This document shows, piece by piece, positions 19,593-29,037 of a stretch of 64,000 bases of DNA. The first letter of the stretch is position 1. Each line of letters starts with the position of its first letter. The position numbers were made by a program, and so were the translations under genes. Where the stretch lies: the IMG/VR virus record IMGVR_UViG_3300027770_000027, positions 163,353 through 227,352 of that record. One strand, 5' to 3'. The notes under the pieces were generated by a model, which worked only from the letters and a program-made list of their open reading frames with translations, did not search any database and was not told where the DNA came from.

Positions 19593-19868
19593 TTAATCTA
19601 GATCTGGGTCCGTTGCCTTAATAAGATAGGAATGACCGTCTTTTCTCATCATCGCAAAAATGTTTAAAATGGATTTAGAAAACCACAATTGTTTATCATC
19701 ATCTATACAAGCTAGATATCTATCATAGATTAAATACAATATAGAAGCAACCCACATTGGATCCATGTCATGTGTCTGTATATCTTTAATGGCTGGTAAC
19801 CACATTTGATTTTTTTCAGAATAAATTCTTACAATTTTTATAATTTCTTCTATTTCTTTATCTTCCAT
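19593..19868 (-). CDS. hypothetical protein
   Basis: Tiles the operon. Confidence 0.6.
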   Translation of the reverse strand: MEDKEIEEIIKIVRIYSEKNQMWLPAIKDIQTHDMDPMWVASILYLIYDRYLACIDDDKQLWFSKSILNIFAMMRKDGHSYLIKATDPDLD

Positions 19869-19869
19869 G

Positions 19870-20757
19870 TTATTTTTCCTTTAGGTAATCTAAAAATAAT
19901 TGTTTATCAAACAAATTGTCGAGATCATCAAAAGGACATTCATATAAACGGCGTCCAATCCAATCATAATCTTCTAAATAAGAATCTACAAGATGTCTAT
20001 AATTAGGTGCTAATTGGGGACCCACATTAACATTACTAGAATATCCAAAAACTGTAGGAGAATTGCTTATCCAAGCAACTGCTGCCTTTTTATCTAAGGC
20101 GGTTGCTACGTGTTGAATTACAGAATCTATTAATATAAACTTATCTGATAGATAGGTATAACAAAACAAATTACGTAAATTATCAGTTACTTGAATAGTG
20201 TTCTCTAATTTTGGTTGATTCTCTCTGCGTATGTGTAAAATTTTATTAAAATCCTTATGAACAGTATTAACTAAGTCTTGGGCAATTGCAAGTGGAATAT
20301 CTCTGGCCCAAGAATAATCTACATCTTGTCCATCTGCTCCTCCGTTAGTTTGTAACAATAAAACTGGTCCTTGTTTGTTTACCAATTTAGCAGCATTAAT
20401 GAGTTCTCTTTGAGTTAATGTTAATTGAGGTTTAATTTGTACACATTTAATACCAAATAGGTCACACCATACTTGCACTAAATGACTTTTTTTGTTTATA
20501 AAGTCACTACAATGATAAGGTTCGGTTCTTAAAATAATTGAATTTTTATCCTTAACAAAGTCATCATAAAAATATGCAAATTGTCCAGTTTTATAAACTC
20601 TATAAATTAATGGATTATGAAGGAACACTTCCGGCCAGGCAGTTACCACTATTAGTTTATGATCTGGATAAGCAGCTTTGATAGAAACACAAACAGCTGT
20701 TGCCATTACACTTTTTCCAGCGCCTCCGTCAATGTGAAAAATTACATACTTGTCCAT
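19870..20757 (-). CDS. GT-B (GT9-like) glycosyltransferase
   Basis: GG.G...MATA....K..YP....V....PE.F..NP; DS...H.A.A..K...V.W....P..FGY. Confidence 0.7.
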   Translation of the reverse strand: MDKYVIFHIDGGAGKSVMATAVCVSIKAAYPDHKLIVVTAWPEVFLHNPLIYRVYKTGQFAYFYDDFVKDKNSIILRTEPYHCSDFINKKSHLVQVWCDLFGIKCVQIKPQLTLTQRELINAAKLVNKQGPVLLLQTNGGADGQDVDYSWARDIPLAIAQDLVNTVHKDFNKILHIRRENQPKLENTIQVTDNLRNLFCYTYLSDKFILIDSVIQHVATALDKKAAVAWISNSPTVFGYSSNVNVGPQLAPNYRHLVDSYLEDYDWIGRRLYECPFDDLDNLFDKQLFLDYLKEK

Positions 20758-21227
20758 TTTTTTGTTATTTTAATGATAAATTCTGTTTCTTCACCGGTGA
20801 GATCTACACATTTTAATCCTTTATAAAATCTTCCAGAAGTATTAAAATTAAAAATATCTGGAATATTGTCGTAAAAATAAGTATTACAATTTTTTTTAAA
20901 AATTTTGTATATAGATTTTATTACAAATTCTTTATTGTCTATATAATTGTCAAAAATATCTGGTATAGTGTAGTTTTTACTAACTGTCAAAATCTTAATA
21001 TTATAATTCTGATAAACAATTCTAATATCAAATATAATATCAGAAATTTCTTTTTCAACAAAAAATTTAAAATATTTTTCTCTACCGGTAATTTTTTTAT
21101 TTTTAAGTAAATCCCATTCAGTGTACTTGTTAACAATACGGGTTAAAAAGCTATCCAAGTAATTATGGAAAGGGAAAATTATGATTCTCTGGGGTAAGTG
21201 TACAACCAGATGATCTTTAATGTTCAT
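20742..21227 (-). CDS. hypothetical protein
   Basis: AT-rich ORF; start moved to MNIKDH. Confidence 0.55.
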   Translation of the reverse strand: MNIKDHLVVHLPQRIIIFPFHNYLDSFLTRIVNKYTEWDLLKNKKITGREKYFKFFVEKEISDIIFDIRIVYQNYNIKILTVSKNYTIPDIFDNYIDNKEFVIKSIYKIFKKNCNTYFYDNIPDIFNFNTSGRFYKGLKCVDLTGEETEFIIKITKKWTSM

Positions 21228-21753
21228 TATCCAACATAATAGCCTCAGCCAAAGATTCTTCAACTATTTCTGGTGGAAGATTTTTATAAGCTTCTTCAAC
21301 TATTTTGTTGAATTCTTTAAATTGTAAGGCAAACTTCATCTTATAATCATGAGCATTTATAAGATCTTGTTTGGAAAGTTTAGAATATATAGAGGTTTCT
21401 TGTAAGCTTAAAGCTTCTAACAAAGGTTCTGCTATTGAATATAATATAGAAGCCACTCTATTATATAGTCTATCCAATGGAGATTTATAAGTTTCCATTA
21501 ATGGTTTCTTTTTAAGTTTGTTGAAAAAATAATTTAAAACCACCGCTTTTTCTGTTTGAACATTACCTCTATTTAAAAATTCTCCACCACTGATGTGGTT
21601 TTTATTATAAGGATTATATACACAACCACTGCCAACTGCATCTGTTCCGCAATACATACACCCCTTGCCACCGATGTGAGCATGTGTGTTGGTAGGGGAA
21701 AACAAACAAGGCTGGCCAAAAGATTGTGATTGGCAGTAAATGCATCTACTCAT
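21217..21753 (-). CDS. hypothetical protein with two N-terminal C.YC....G..C...P...H repeats
   Basis: CIYCQSQSFGQPCLFSPTNTH and CMYCGTDAVGSGCVYNPYNKNH; TAAATA 5 nt upstream. Confidence 0.7.
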   Translation of the reverse strand: MSRCIYCQSQSFGQPCLFSPTNTHAHIGGKGCMYCGTDAVGSGCVYNPYNKNHISGGEFLNRGNVQTEKAVVLNYFFNKLKKKPLMETYKSPLDRLYNRVASILYSIAEPLLEALSLQETSIYSKLSKQDLINAHDYKMKFALQFKEFNKIVEEAYKNLPPEIVEESLAEAIMLDNEH

Positions 21754-21832
21754 ATTGTTATTTAGGGGATTTTAAAAACAATGCCATAAAAATGTTTCAA
21801 GAGTGTAAATATAGAAGAACATTTTATCTTCT

Positions 21833-24800
21833 ATGGGACTCCAAATATACAATCAACCCCAGGTCATTAACACCCTTATAGCCACCAATATATCTTCCCC
21901 TTCTTTGAGTGGTGTTCATTATGGAGACGGTGCGCCTCTGACAGACTTAAACGCTACCAACATTAGTCAAGGCACTTTAAATAACAGTAGACTGCCGGCA
22001 GTTGCAACCTTTACTACGTCTATTTCTTCTCCCTCTGTTAGTGGAGATGGTGCTAATTTGACGGGTTTAAACGCTACCAACATTAGTCAAGGCACTTTAA
22101 ATAACAGTAGACTGCCAGCAGCTGCAACTTTTGCTACCAGTGTTTCTTCCATAACTGTCAGTGGAGATGGTGCTAATTTGACGGGTTTAAACGCTACCAA
22201 CATTAGTCAAGGCACTTTAAATAACAGTAGACTGCCAGCAGTTGCAACTTTTGCTACCAGTGTTTCTTCCATAACTGTCAGTGGTATTTTTTATGGTGAT
22301 GGTAGTAATTTATCAAATTTAGACGCTGGAGATATCATCCAGGGCACCTTAAACAACAGCAGATTACCAGCCGTTGCAACTTTTACCACCAGTGTTTCAT
22401 CACCGGCCTTAAGTGGTAATCATTATGGAGATGGTTCTGCGTTGACTAATTTAAACGCAACCAACATTGCCAGTGGTACTTTAAACAATAGTAGGTTACC
22501 TGCTATAGCCACCTTTACCACCTCAGTGTCTTCCCCAGCTTTAAGTGGTAATCATTATGGAGATGGTAGTAAATTGACCGGGGTGGTTCTTTCTACCGGT
22601 GGAACCATAACCGGTGACTTGAATATCACCGGTAATTTAAGTGCTCTAGGCACCACTACTCAAATAGACACCATGGTATTTGTTACTAGTGCAGTTTCTG
22701 TAACTAATACTGGTACTGGACCTGCTTTGTATGTAAAACAAACAGGTAGTAATGATGTGGCATCATTTTATGACGACACAACTTCAGCATTAATTATTAA
22801 AGACGGTGGTAATGTTGGTATTGGAGACAGCTCTCCCGGTTCTAAGTTATCTGTTTATTCTTCTTCTGATACGCAACCAGCAGTAACTATTACTCAACTT
22901 GGAACTGCAAATGCTCTTATTATTGAAGATTCTACGAGCCCTGATAATACCCCATTTGTTATTGATGCAGATGGAAACGTCTTAATAGGATTATCAGCTA
23001 CGTATGCAAGTCCGTTTAACTACCCCTTCCAAATATCCAGAGCAGGAACTAGTGGAGCCACTTTTGCAAGATTCACGAACAGCACTTCTAGCGCAGGATT
23101 GAGATTTGCAAAATCTCGTGGATCCACCAACGGAACTTTTAGTGGTGGACTTAGCTCAGGAGACAACATTGGAGTAATAGATTACTACGGAGACAATGGG
23201 GCCCTTAGTGCAACAAGAACTGCGTGGATTGCAAACGAAGCAGACGGTCTATTTACAGCTTCCAGTGCTCCAAGTAGATTCACAATTGCTACAACAGCTT
23301 CAGGATCAACAACTCCTGTTGAACGTTTGCGGATTGATAATGTCGGCAATGTTGGTATTGGAGATACTTCTCCAAACTCCAAACTATCAGTTTACTCCAC
23401 TTCTAATACAGAAGCCGCAGTAACTATTAACCAAACCGGAACAGGAAACGCATTTGTTGTAGAAGATTCCACGAGTCCTGATAGCACACCGTTTGTAATT
23501 GATGCAGACGGAAACGTAATTGTTGGGGGACTTTCTGCATATAATGATTCTACTACTACTGCTTCCAATAGTCGGATGCAATTACAAGTAGTAAGACAAG
23601 GTAACATTTCTTCTAGAATGGGTATGTGGACTTTCTCCACTCAAGTTGGAGATCGTGGAATATTTTCATTTAACAAATCAGCTGCAACTACTACAGGAAT
23701 TGCTTCTGCTGTTTCAATTAATGAAGACATTGGTTCTATAGATTTTAACGGTTACGATAAAGCTGTTGTTCCTGTTTTGCAAAGAGCAGCAATGATTTTA
23801 GGGGAAGTTGACGGAGTACCACTTTCAGGATCCGTTCCCGGAAGAATAAGCTTCCTTACTACTTCATCAGGGTCTGATGATGTTACAGAAAAAATGCGGA
23901 TTACCAATGACGGCAAGGTTGGTATTGGGACCGAAGCCCCGGGTGAAAAATTGACGGTAGCTGGAAACATCAGTGCCCAAGGAAACATCAGCTCTACTTT
24001 TTACGGTTCTAATGGATTCGTAAAAGACGCGCTAAATCCAGGAATTTCATCCTTCAAATCCTCTAATTCTAGATTTGATCTTCCATCTCAAGCTGCTTTT
24101 GACAGTTCTGGCAATTTATACATTTCCAGCAATCGTGCCATTCGCAAGATAACTCCAGCCGGTGTAGTTTCAACTTTTGCGGGTTCACCGGGACAATCCG
24201 GTACATCAAATGGTACAGGAACCGCCGCCAGATTCAACACTCCAACTGGAATGGCGTTTGATTCCAGCGGCAATCTATTCGTAGCAGACTTCGGCAATAA
24301 CAACATTCGTAAAATAAGTCCAGCTGGGGTGGTGTCCTCTTTTGCTGGTTCAACTGCAGGGCTCTCCGGATCAACAAACAATTCAACGGGATCTTCTGCT
24401 AGATTTTACGGACCAATTGGTGTTGCCATAGATTCTTCTAATAATTTATTTGTAGCAGACTCTGTCAACAACACTATCCGCAAGATAACTGCTGCTGGTG
24501 CGGTAACCACTTTTGCTGGTATAGTGGGCTCAACAGGCTCGACAGATGGGGCCGGAACCGTAGCCACATTCTGGGAACCACATGGGATCACCATAGATTC
24601 TAGTAACACGTTATACGTTGCAGATAGAAACAATGCAAAAATTCGTAAAATAACTTCTGGAGCACTTGTATCTACCTTAGCAACTCTAGCCCTGGCTATG
24701 GAGATAGATATAGATTCTTCTGGAAATTTATTTGTATCCAACAACGACAACCATGTTATTTACAAAGTAACACCAACCGGAACATCCTCAGTTTTTGCCG

Positions 24801-26506
24801 GAACTTTAGACTCTCCCGGATCAACAGATGGTTCCAGCGGCACTCAATTCTACGGTCCACTTGGAGTTGCGGTGGATAGGTATGACAATGTATTTATTAG
24901 TGATCAATTCAACCACACCATCCGTAGAATTACATCTGCAGGTGTGGTCTCAACTGTAGCAGGAGAGACTGGTACAGAAGATACTGTAGATGATGCATTT
25001 CCTTCTGTAACATACTACACTGACAGAGTTATCCTGGATAATAACGCCAATAGGGTCAATGTAGGTATTGGCTCTTCCACACCTAATGAAAGATTGACAG
25101 TGGTCGGAAATATTAGTTCCACAGGAGGTGTTTATTCTAAAGGATTCATCTCAAACAGGGCAGACTCTACTCAAGAAGGCGGACAAATTGATTTCAATAG
25201 GTCTTATGACAACGCCAAATCTTTTTCCGTAGACGTATATAGTGACGTGGCTGGATCTCAACAAAGTAGACTTAGGTTTGTTGATGCTATCGCTGGAGTT
25301 GAAAGAATGACTATGTTGAGTGGTGGTAATGTTGGTATAGGAACGGCATTTCCAAATAAACCCCTAACAGTTGTTGGAGACATTAGTGCAAGTGGTATTG
25401 TATATGGCAATTATGGAGTTGGATCTAATCTAACTGTCACCTCAAATGTCAGTGCTGGGGGCAGTCTATATGGAGATGGTAGAAATTTAACATTTACTCC
25501 ATACTCAAACACCACACTTGCTACCACAAAACTCAGTGGATTTCTTTATAATGGTACGGACTATTATGATTATAGTTTAATAGTCCCTAAAATTGGAAGC
25601 AATAAGATAGATATTGCATACAATTCTGCCATATTAAGTGGGTTATCTAATACATTAAGTGGTGGTGGTTCAAATGGATTATTTGGTCCTGCAATGCCTT
25701 ATGATCAATGGTATTATAATTATAAATCCTCCTATTCTACTATTGTGGGAGGTTATAATAATAGGATTATAACTAGTTCTTATAGTTCTATATTGGGGGG
25801 GCAAAATAATTCAATTGTAGGACCAGCAATCAGTAATGCGTTTGTTATCGGATCAAATATTACAGCTCAATACTCGGATGCCGTTCACGTCAACAACGTA
25901 ATCTCTTATGGAAGTTTAATAGGTAACCAAGTACAAACTGGAACCTTAATATCATTCACGGATAATACCAACTTAATGACAGTTCCTAGAGTTAGAGCCT
26001 CTTTGAATTTTGATGGAATTCCGAAGACCGCTAAGACGTATACTAGGTCTACGACCACAATTACTGTGACATTTGCTAGTCATGGATATTCTAGTGGAAT
26101 GATTGCAGAAATTACAGCCGCTACTGATACTGGTGTAAATGGAGTGGGTAAAGTTATTACTGTTATAGATGCAAATACATTTTCATTTACAACAACCGCA
26201 GTTGGAGCAAATGGAACTTTGACTATTAGAAGCATGATCAAATCTTCTTATAATGTAAGTTCTATTACCAGTAATGCGGTGGGTGATTACACTGTAACAT
26301 TTTCAACAGTTCTGCCGGACGCTTATTATATACCTTCTTTGTCATTTATACATAATAGCACAGCAAATGACAACGCAAATGTTGCTGTATATTCTTTAGG
26401 CACCATGCTTGCTGGTTCTTGCAGGATATTCTGTGCAAGACAAACCACAAATACAGGTACTACCAATGATACCGATTATGCTCTTTGTGGCACCTTTACT
26501 AGATAA
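21833..26506 (+). CDS. long tail fibre / receptor-binding protein with NHL beta-propeller
   Basis: GDG..LT.L repeats, repeated GNVGIG fibre motifs, NHL repeats (F..P.G.A.DS.GN.FVAD..N..IRKI...G.V.TFAG). Confidence 0.85.
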   Translation: MGLQIYNQPQVINTLIATNISSPSLSGVHYGDGAPLTDLNATNISQGTLNNSRLPAVATFTTSISSPSVSGDGANLTGLNATNISQGTLNNSRLPAAATFATSVSSITVSGDGANLTGLNATNISQGTLNNSRLPAVATFATSVSSITVSGIFYGDGSNLSNLDAGDIIQGTLNNSRLPAVATFTTSVSSPALSGNHYGDGSALTNLNATNIASGTLNNSRLPAIATFTTSVSSPALSGNHYGDGSKLTGVVLSTGGTITGDLNITGNLSALGTTTQIDTMVFVTSAVSVTNTGTGPALYVKQTGSNDVASFYDDTTSALIIKDGGNVGIGDSSPGSKLSVYSSSDTQPAVTITQLGTANALIIEDSTSPDNTPFVIDADGNVLIGLSATYASPFNYPFQISRAGTSGATFARFTNSTSSAGLRFAKSRGSTNGTFSGGLSSGDNIGVIDYYGDNGALSATRTAWIANEADGLFTASSAPSRFTIATTASGSTTPVERLRIDNVGNVGIGDTSPNSKLSVYSTSNTEAAVTINQTGTGNAFVVEDSTSPDSTPFVIDADGNVIVGGLSAYNDSTTTASNSRMQLQVVRQGNISSRMGMWTFSTQVGDRGIFSFNKSAATTTGIASAVSINEDIGSIDFNGYDKAVVPVLQRAAMILGEVDGVPLSGSVPGRISFLTTSSGSDDVTEKMRITNDGKVGIGTEAPGEKLTVAGNISAQGNISSTFYGSNGFVKDALNPGISSFKSSNSRFDLPSQAAFDSSGNLYISSNRAIRKITPAGVVSTFAGSPGQSGTSNGTGTAARFNTPTGMAFDSSGNLFVADFGNNNIRKISPAGVVSSFAGSTAGLSGSTNNSTGSSARFYGPIGVAIDSSNNLFVADSVNNTIRKITAAGAVTTFAGIVGSTGSTDGAGTVATFWEPHGITIDSSNTLYVADRNNAKIRKITSGALVSTLATLALAMEIDIDSSGNLFVSNNDNHVIYKVTPTGTSSVFAGTLDSPGSTDGSSGTQFYGPLGVAVDRYDNVFISDQFNHTIRRITSAGVVSTVAGETGTEDTVDDAFPSVTYYTDRVILDNNANRVNVGIGSSTPNERLTVVGNISSTGGVYSKGFISNRADSTQEGGQIDFNRSYDNAKSFSVDVYSDVAGSQQSRLRFVDAIAGVERMTMLSGGNVGIGTAFPNKPLTVVGDISASGIVYGNYGVGSNLTVTSNVSAGGSLYGDGRNLTFTPYSNTTLATTKLSGFLYNGTDYYDYSLIVPKIGSNKIDIAYNSAILSGLSNTLSGGGSNGLFGPAMPYDQWYYNYKSSYSTIVGGYNNRIITSSYSSILGGQNNSIVGPAISNAFVIGSNITAQYSDAVHVNNVISYGSLIGNQVQTGTLISFTDNTNLMTVPRVRASLNFDGIPKTAKTYTRSTTTITVTFASHGYSSGMIAEITAATDTGVNGVGKVITVIDANTFSFTTTAVGANGTLTIRSMIKSSYNVSSITSNAVGDYTVTFSTVLPDAYYIPSLSFIHNSTANDNANVAVYSLGTMLAGSCRIFCARQTTNTGTTNDTDYALCGTFTR
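21923..22570 (+). repeat. five tandem 40-44-aa coding repeats (120/132-nt period)
   Basis: aacgctaccaacattagtcaaggcactttaaataacagtagactgcc recurs at 120-nt spacing (about 21950, 22070, 22190), followed by diverged copies. Confidence 0.9.
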
Positions 26507-26923
26507 TTAAGAATCAATTAAATTTTTAGGAGCTTTTCCTATTCTTACATTGATTATTCCATTATAATAATCAGTACGAAACATGGCTCTCTGTAAAATT
26601 TGAGCCTCTATTTCATAATATGCCATTTCCCATTTACAGGTACAAGTTCTTAAAATAATAAATGTGAAATTTTCTTTGCCCAATCGTTGTATATCGGCAC
26701 AAAGTTTTTCTGAGGAACTAGTATATGTTTTCCAGTCAGATTCTTTAATATCTCTTCTGGCTCTGGTTTTACCTTTAAGAGGTTTTCTTTTAATTTTAGA
26801 TTTACACTGTTTTTTACCAATATAAATCTTTTTTTCCAATATATTTGTTATTTCATAGATAAAACCAAATGTATTTTCATCTATAACAACCCCTTCAGTC
26901 AATTTCCAATGACCACAATCCAT
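26507..26923 (-). CDS. GIY-YIG nuclease domain protein
   Basis: GFIYEITN....IYIGKK, W..Y.SS, F.F.IL, E, YYN. Confidence 0.85.
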   Translation of the reverse strand: MDCGHWKLTEGVVIDENTFGFIYEITNILEKKIYIGKKQCKSKIKRKPLKGKTRARRDIKESDWKTYTSSSEKLCADIQRLGKENFTFIILRTCTCKWEMAYYEIEAQILQRAMFRTDYYNGIINVRIGKAPKNLIDS

Positions 26924-27156
26924 TACAGACCTCCAGTTTTGATTTGAGGTCTTCTAATGATTGGTGTCACTTCTATACTAGACTTTTTCTTTTTTCTTTT
27001 AGGGCCTTTAGTAGAAGTTTGACCAGTAATTGCCATAGAAGTCCTAACATCTGCCTTAGAATTATCATTAAAATCTACAGCAGTTCCAAAAGTTCCTCCA
27101 GAACCTGCTATATTGCCCATAATATTCTCATAAAGTTGTTGAAATTTGTTAGACAT
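26923..27156 (-). CDS. small basic hypothetical protein
   Basis: MSNKFQQLYENIM N-terminus; PKRKKKK; coupled to the GIY-YIG gene. Confidence 0.55.
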   Translation of the reverse strand: MSNKFQQLYENIMGNIAGSGGTFGTAVDFNDNSKADVRTSMAITGQTSTKGPKRKKKKSSIEVTPIIRRPQIKTGGL

Positions 27157-27190
27157 AGGGGATTATAATGTTATTCCTTAGTAACTACTT

Positions 27191-27592
27191 ATGATTGATC
27201 TTGATAAATACAATGAAGAATTAAAAGAAGATACTAGGGTTGATGAATTAAACTTACTTCAAAAACAACTTATGCTCCCTGGTATTAAACATAAATGGGT
27301 GGCTCGTTTAATTTATGCAAAAAAACATCTTAATTCCTTAATTAAGAAAAAGAAAATGACCTACGTTGCAGTACACGCAACTCTAGAAAGTCAAAATGCA
27401 ATACCTCCCAACATTCCTAAAAATGCATTAGACCGTAAGATAGAAAATTCAGATTCTATTCAAAAAATAATTCAAGACATTGAAGATACAGAAATTGTCA
27501 TTCAATATCTAGAAAAAGTAGAAACTATACTTCGGTCTATGACATATGATATTAAAAACATTATAGATATTAATAAACTAGAAACCACCTAA
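27191..27592 (+). CDS. uvsY: recombination mediator UvsY
   Basis: D..VD..NL....L..P..K.KW; YLE........MTYDIKNIID; directly upstream of uvsW. Confidence 0.8.
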   Translation: MIDLDKYNEELKEDTRVDELNLLQKQLMLPGIKHKWVARLIYAKKHLNSLIKKKKMTYVAVHATLESQNAIPPNIPKNALDRKIENSDSIQKIIQDIEDTEIVIQYLEKVETILRSMTYDIKNIIDINKLETT

Positions 27593-29037
27593 TGAATAAG
27601 GTAGAATTAATATTGATCAATAAAAACAAACAAGCACAGATATCTGGTGATGCTAGTTCTGTTGCATTGATTCGAGAACATTTATCAGTTCCTAATCCTA
27701 CCTACCGCCATTCTCCGTTTGCTAGTTCCAGACTTTATTGTATTACTCCTCAAGGTAAATTTGAAATTGGAATGTTGGGAGAAATAGTCAATTACCTTTA
27801 TTTTAATAATATACTATTTAATATTCAACCAGAATTAAAAAAAATGTACACCCCTGGATTTAAAGATCCTGTGGTGGTAAGTCTTAATAGAGAGTATAGA
27901 GATTATCAAGAAAAATCTATCATTAATGCCTTAAAACAAGGTCGTGGAGTAACAGTTATTCCAACCGCTGGTGGTAAAACTTTGATAATGGCTGGACTCC
28001 TGAAAAGTCTGCAGAATCATTTTGCTAAAGAATTTAACAAAGCCAATCCTAAAATTTTAGTGATGGTCCCTTCTATTCAATTAGTAGAACAAACTGCAGA
28101 AGACTTTATTTCTTATGGACTGGTTAATGTATCTAAATGGTCTGGTAATAATCCTTATAATTCTGAAAGTGACATCACAGTAGCTGGTACACAGATTTTA
28201 ATGTCTGATAAAACAGATTTGTCTGTATTGTCAGACATAGACATTCTATTGATTGATGAAGTTCATTCTGTAAAAAGAGGTAACCGAATTAATGATGTTT
28301 TAAAATTTGTATCTACTTCATATCGTTTTGGATTTACTGGTACTCTGCCCTCTACTAAAATTGATGAATGGAATATTGTAGGAAGACTAGGTCCTATAAC
28401 ATATGAAGAAAAGACCCATACTCTTAAAGAACAGTCCTTTGTATCTAATTTTAAAATTGTTATACTGAATATACAACACGCCAATCCTCCGGTATTTGAT
28501 ATAAACCTTCAAGAACCAGCGTTGGCCTATCAGGAAGAGATGGAATATCTAATGGGTAATGATAGACGCAATAATATTATTTGTAATTTGGCCTTTAAAT
28601 TGCCGGAAAACACTCTAATAATGGTGGATAGAATTGAACACGGAATTAATCTCTATAATAAATTATTAGAAATAAACAAATCTACAGAAAGACCTATATA
28701 TTTTATTCAAGGTTCCACGGAAATGGAAGATAGGGAAAAGGTTAGAGCTTTAATGGATGGTCGCAGGGACGTTATAGTTGTAGCTATTTCTAAAATTTTT
28801 AGTACGGGTATCAACATACCCAATCTTCACAACATTATTTTTGCTTCTATAGGAAAAGCTAAAATTAAAATTATGCAATCTATTGGACGTGTATTAAGAT
28901 TACATCCTACCAAAGAAATGGCTATAATTTTTGATTTAGCAGATAATACCCGCTACGGAAAAAAACATGTTGAAGACCGTAAAAAAATGTACAAATTAGA
29001 AAAGTATGAGTATACCGAAAAAACCATCCAGGCGTGA
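27592..29037 (+). CDS. uvsW: SF2 DNA helicase UvsW
   Basis: RDYQ, PTAGGKT, DEVH, GFTGT, FSTGINIPNLHNIIFAS..K.KI...QSIGR.LR. Confidence 0.93.
   Translation: MNKVELILINKNKQAQISGDASSVALIREHLSVPNPTYRHSPFASSRLYCITPQGKFEIGMLGEIVNYLYFNNILFNIQPELKKMYTPGFKDPVVVSLNREYRDYQEKSIINALKQGRGVTVIPTAGGKTLIMAGLLKSLQNHFAKEFNKANPKILVMVPSIQLVEQTAEDFISYGLVNVSKWSGNNPYNSESDITVAGTQILMSDKTDLSVLSDIDILLIDEVHSVKRGNRINDVLKFVSTSYRFGFTGTLPSTKIDEWNIVGRLGPITYEEKTHTLKEQSFVSNFKIVILNIQHANPPVFDINLQEPALAYQEEMEYLMGNDRRNNIICNLAFKLPENTLIMVDRIEHGINLYNKLLEINKSTERPIYFIQGSTEMEDREKVRALMDGRRDVIVVAISKIFSTGINIPNLHNIIFASIGKAKIKIMQSIGRVLRLHPTKEMAIIFDLADNTRYGKKHVEDRKKMYKLEKYEYTEKTIQA

Noticed and set aside
21923-22570. CRISPR array or DGR template/variable repeat
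   Set aside because: Period is a multiple of 3 within the fibre ORF; no reverse transcriptase or cas genes; differences are not adenine-specific
26507-26923. Mobile homing endonuclease
   Set aside because: Catalytic GIY-YIG domain only, no DNA-binding tail and no interrupted gene; more likely a resident nuclease
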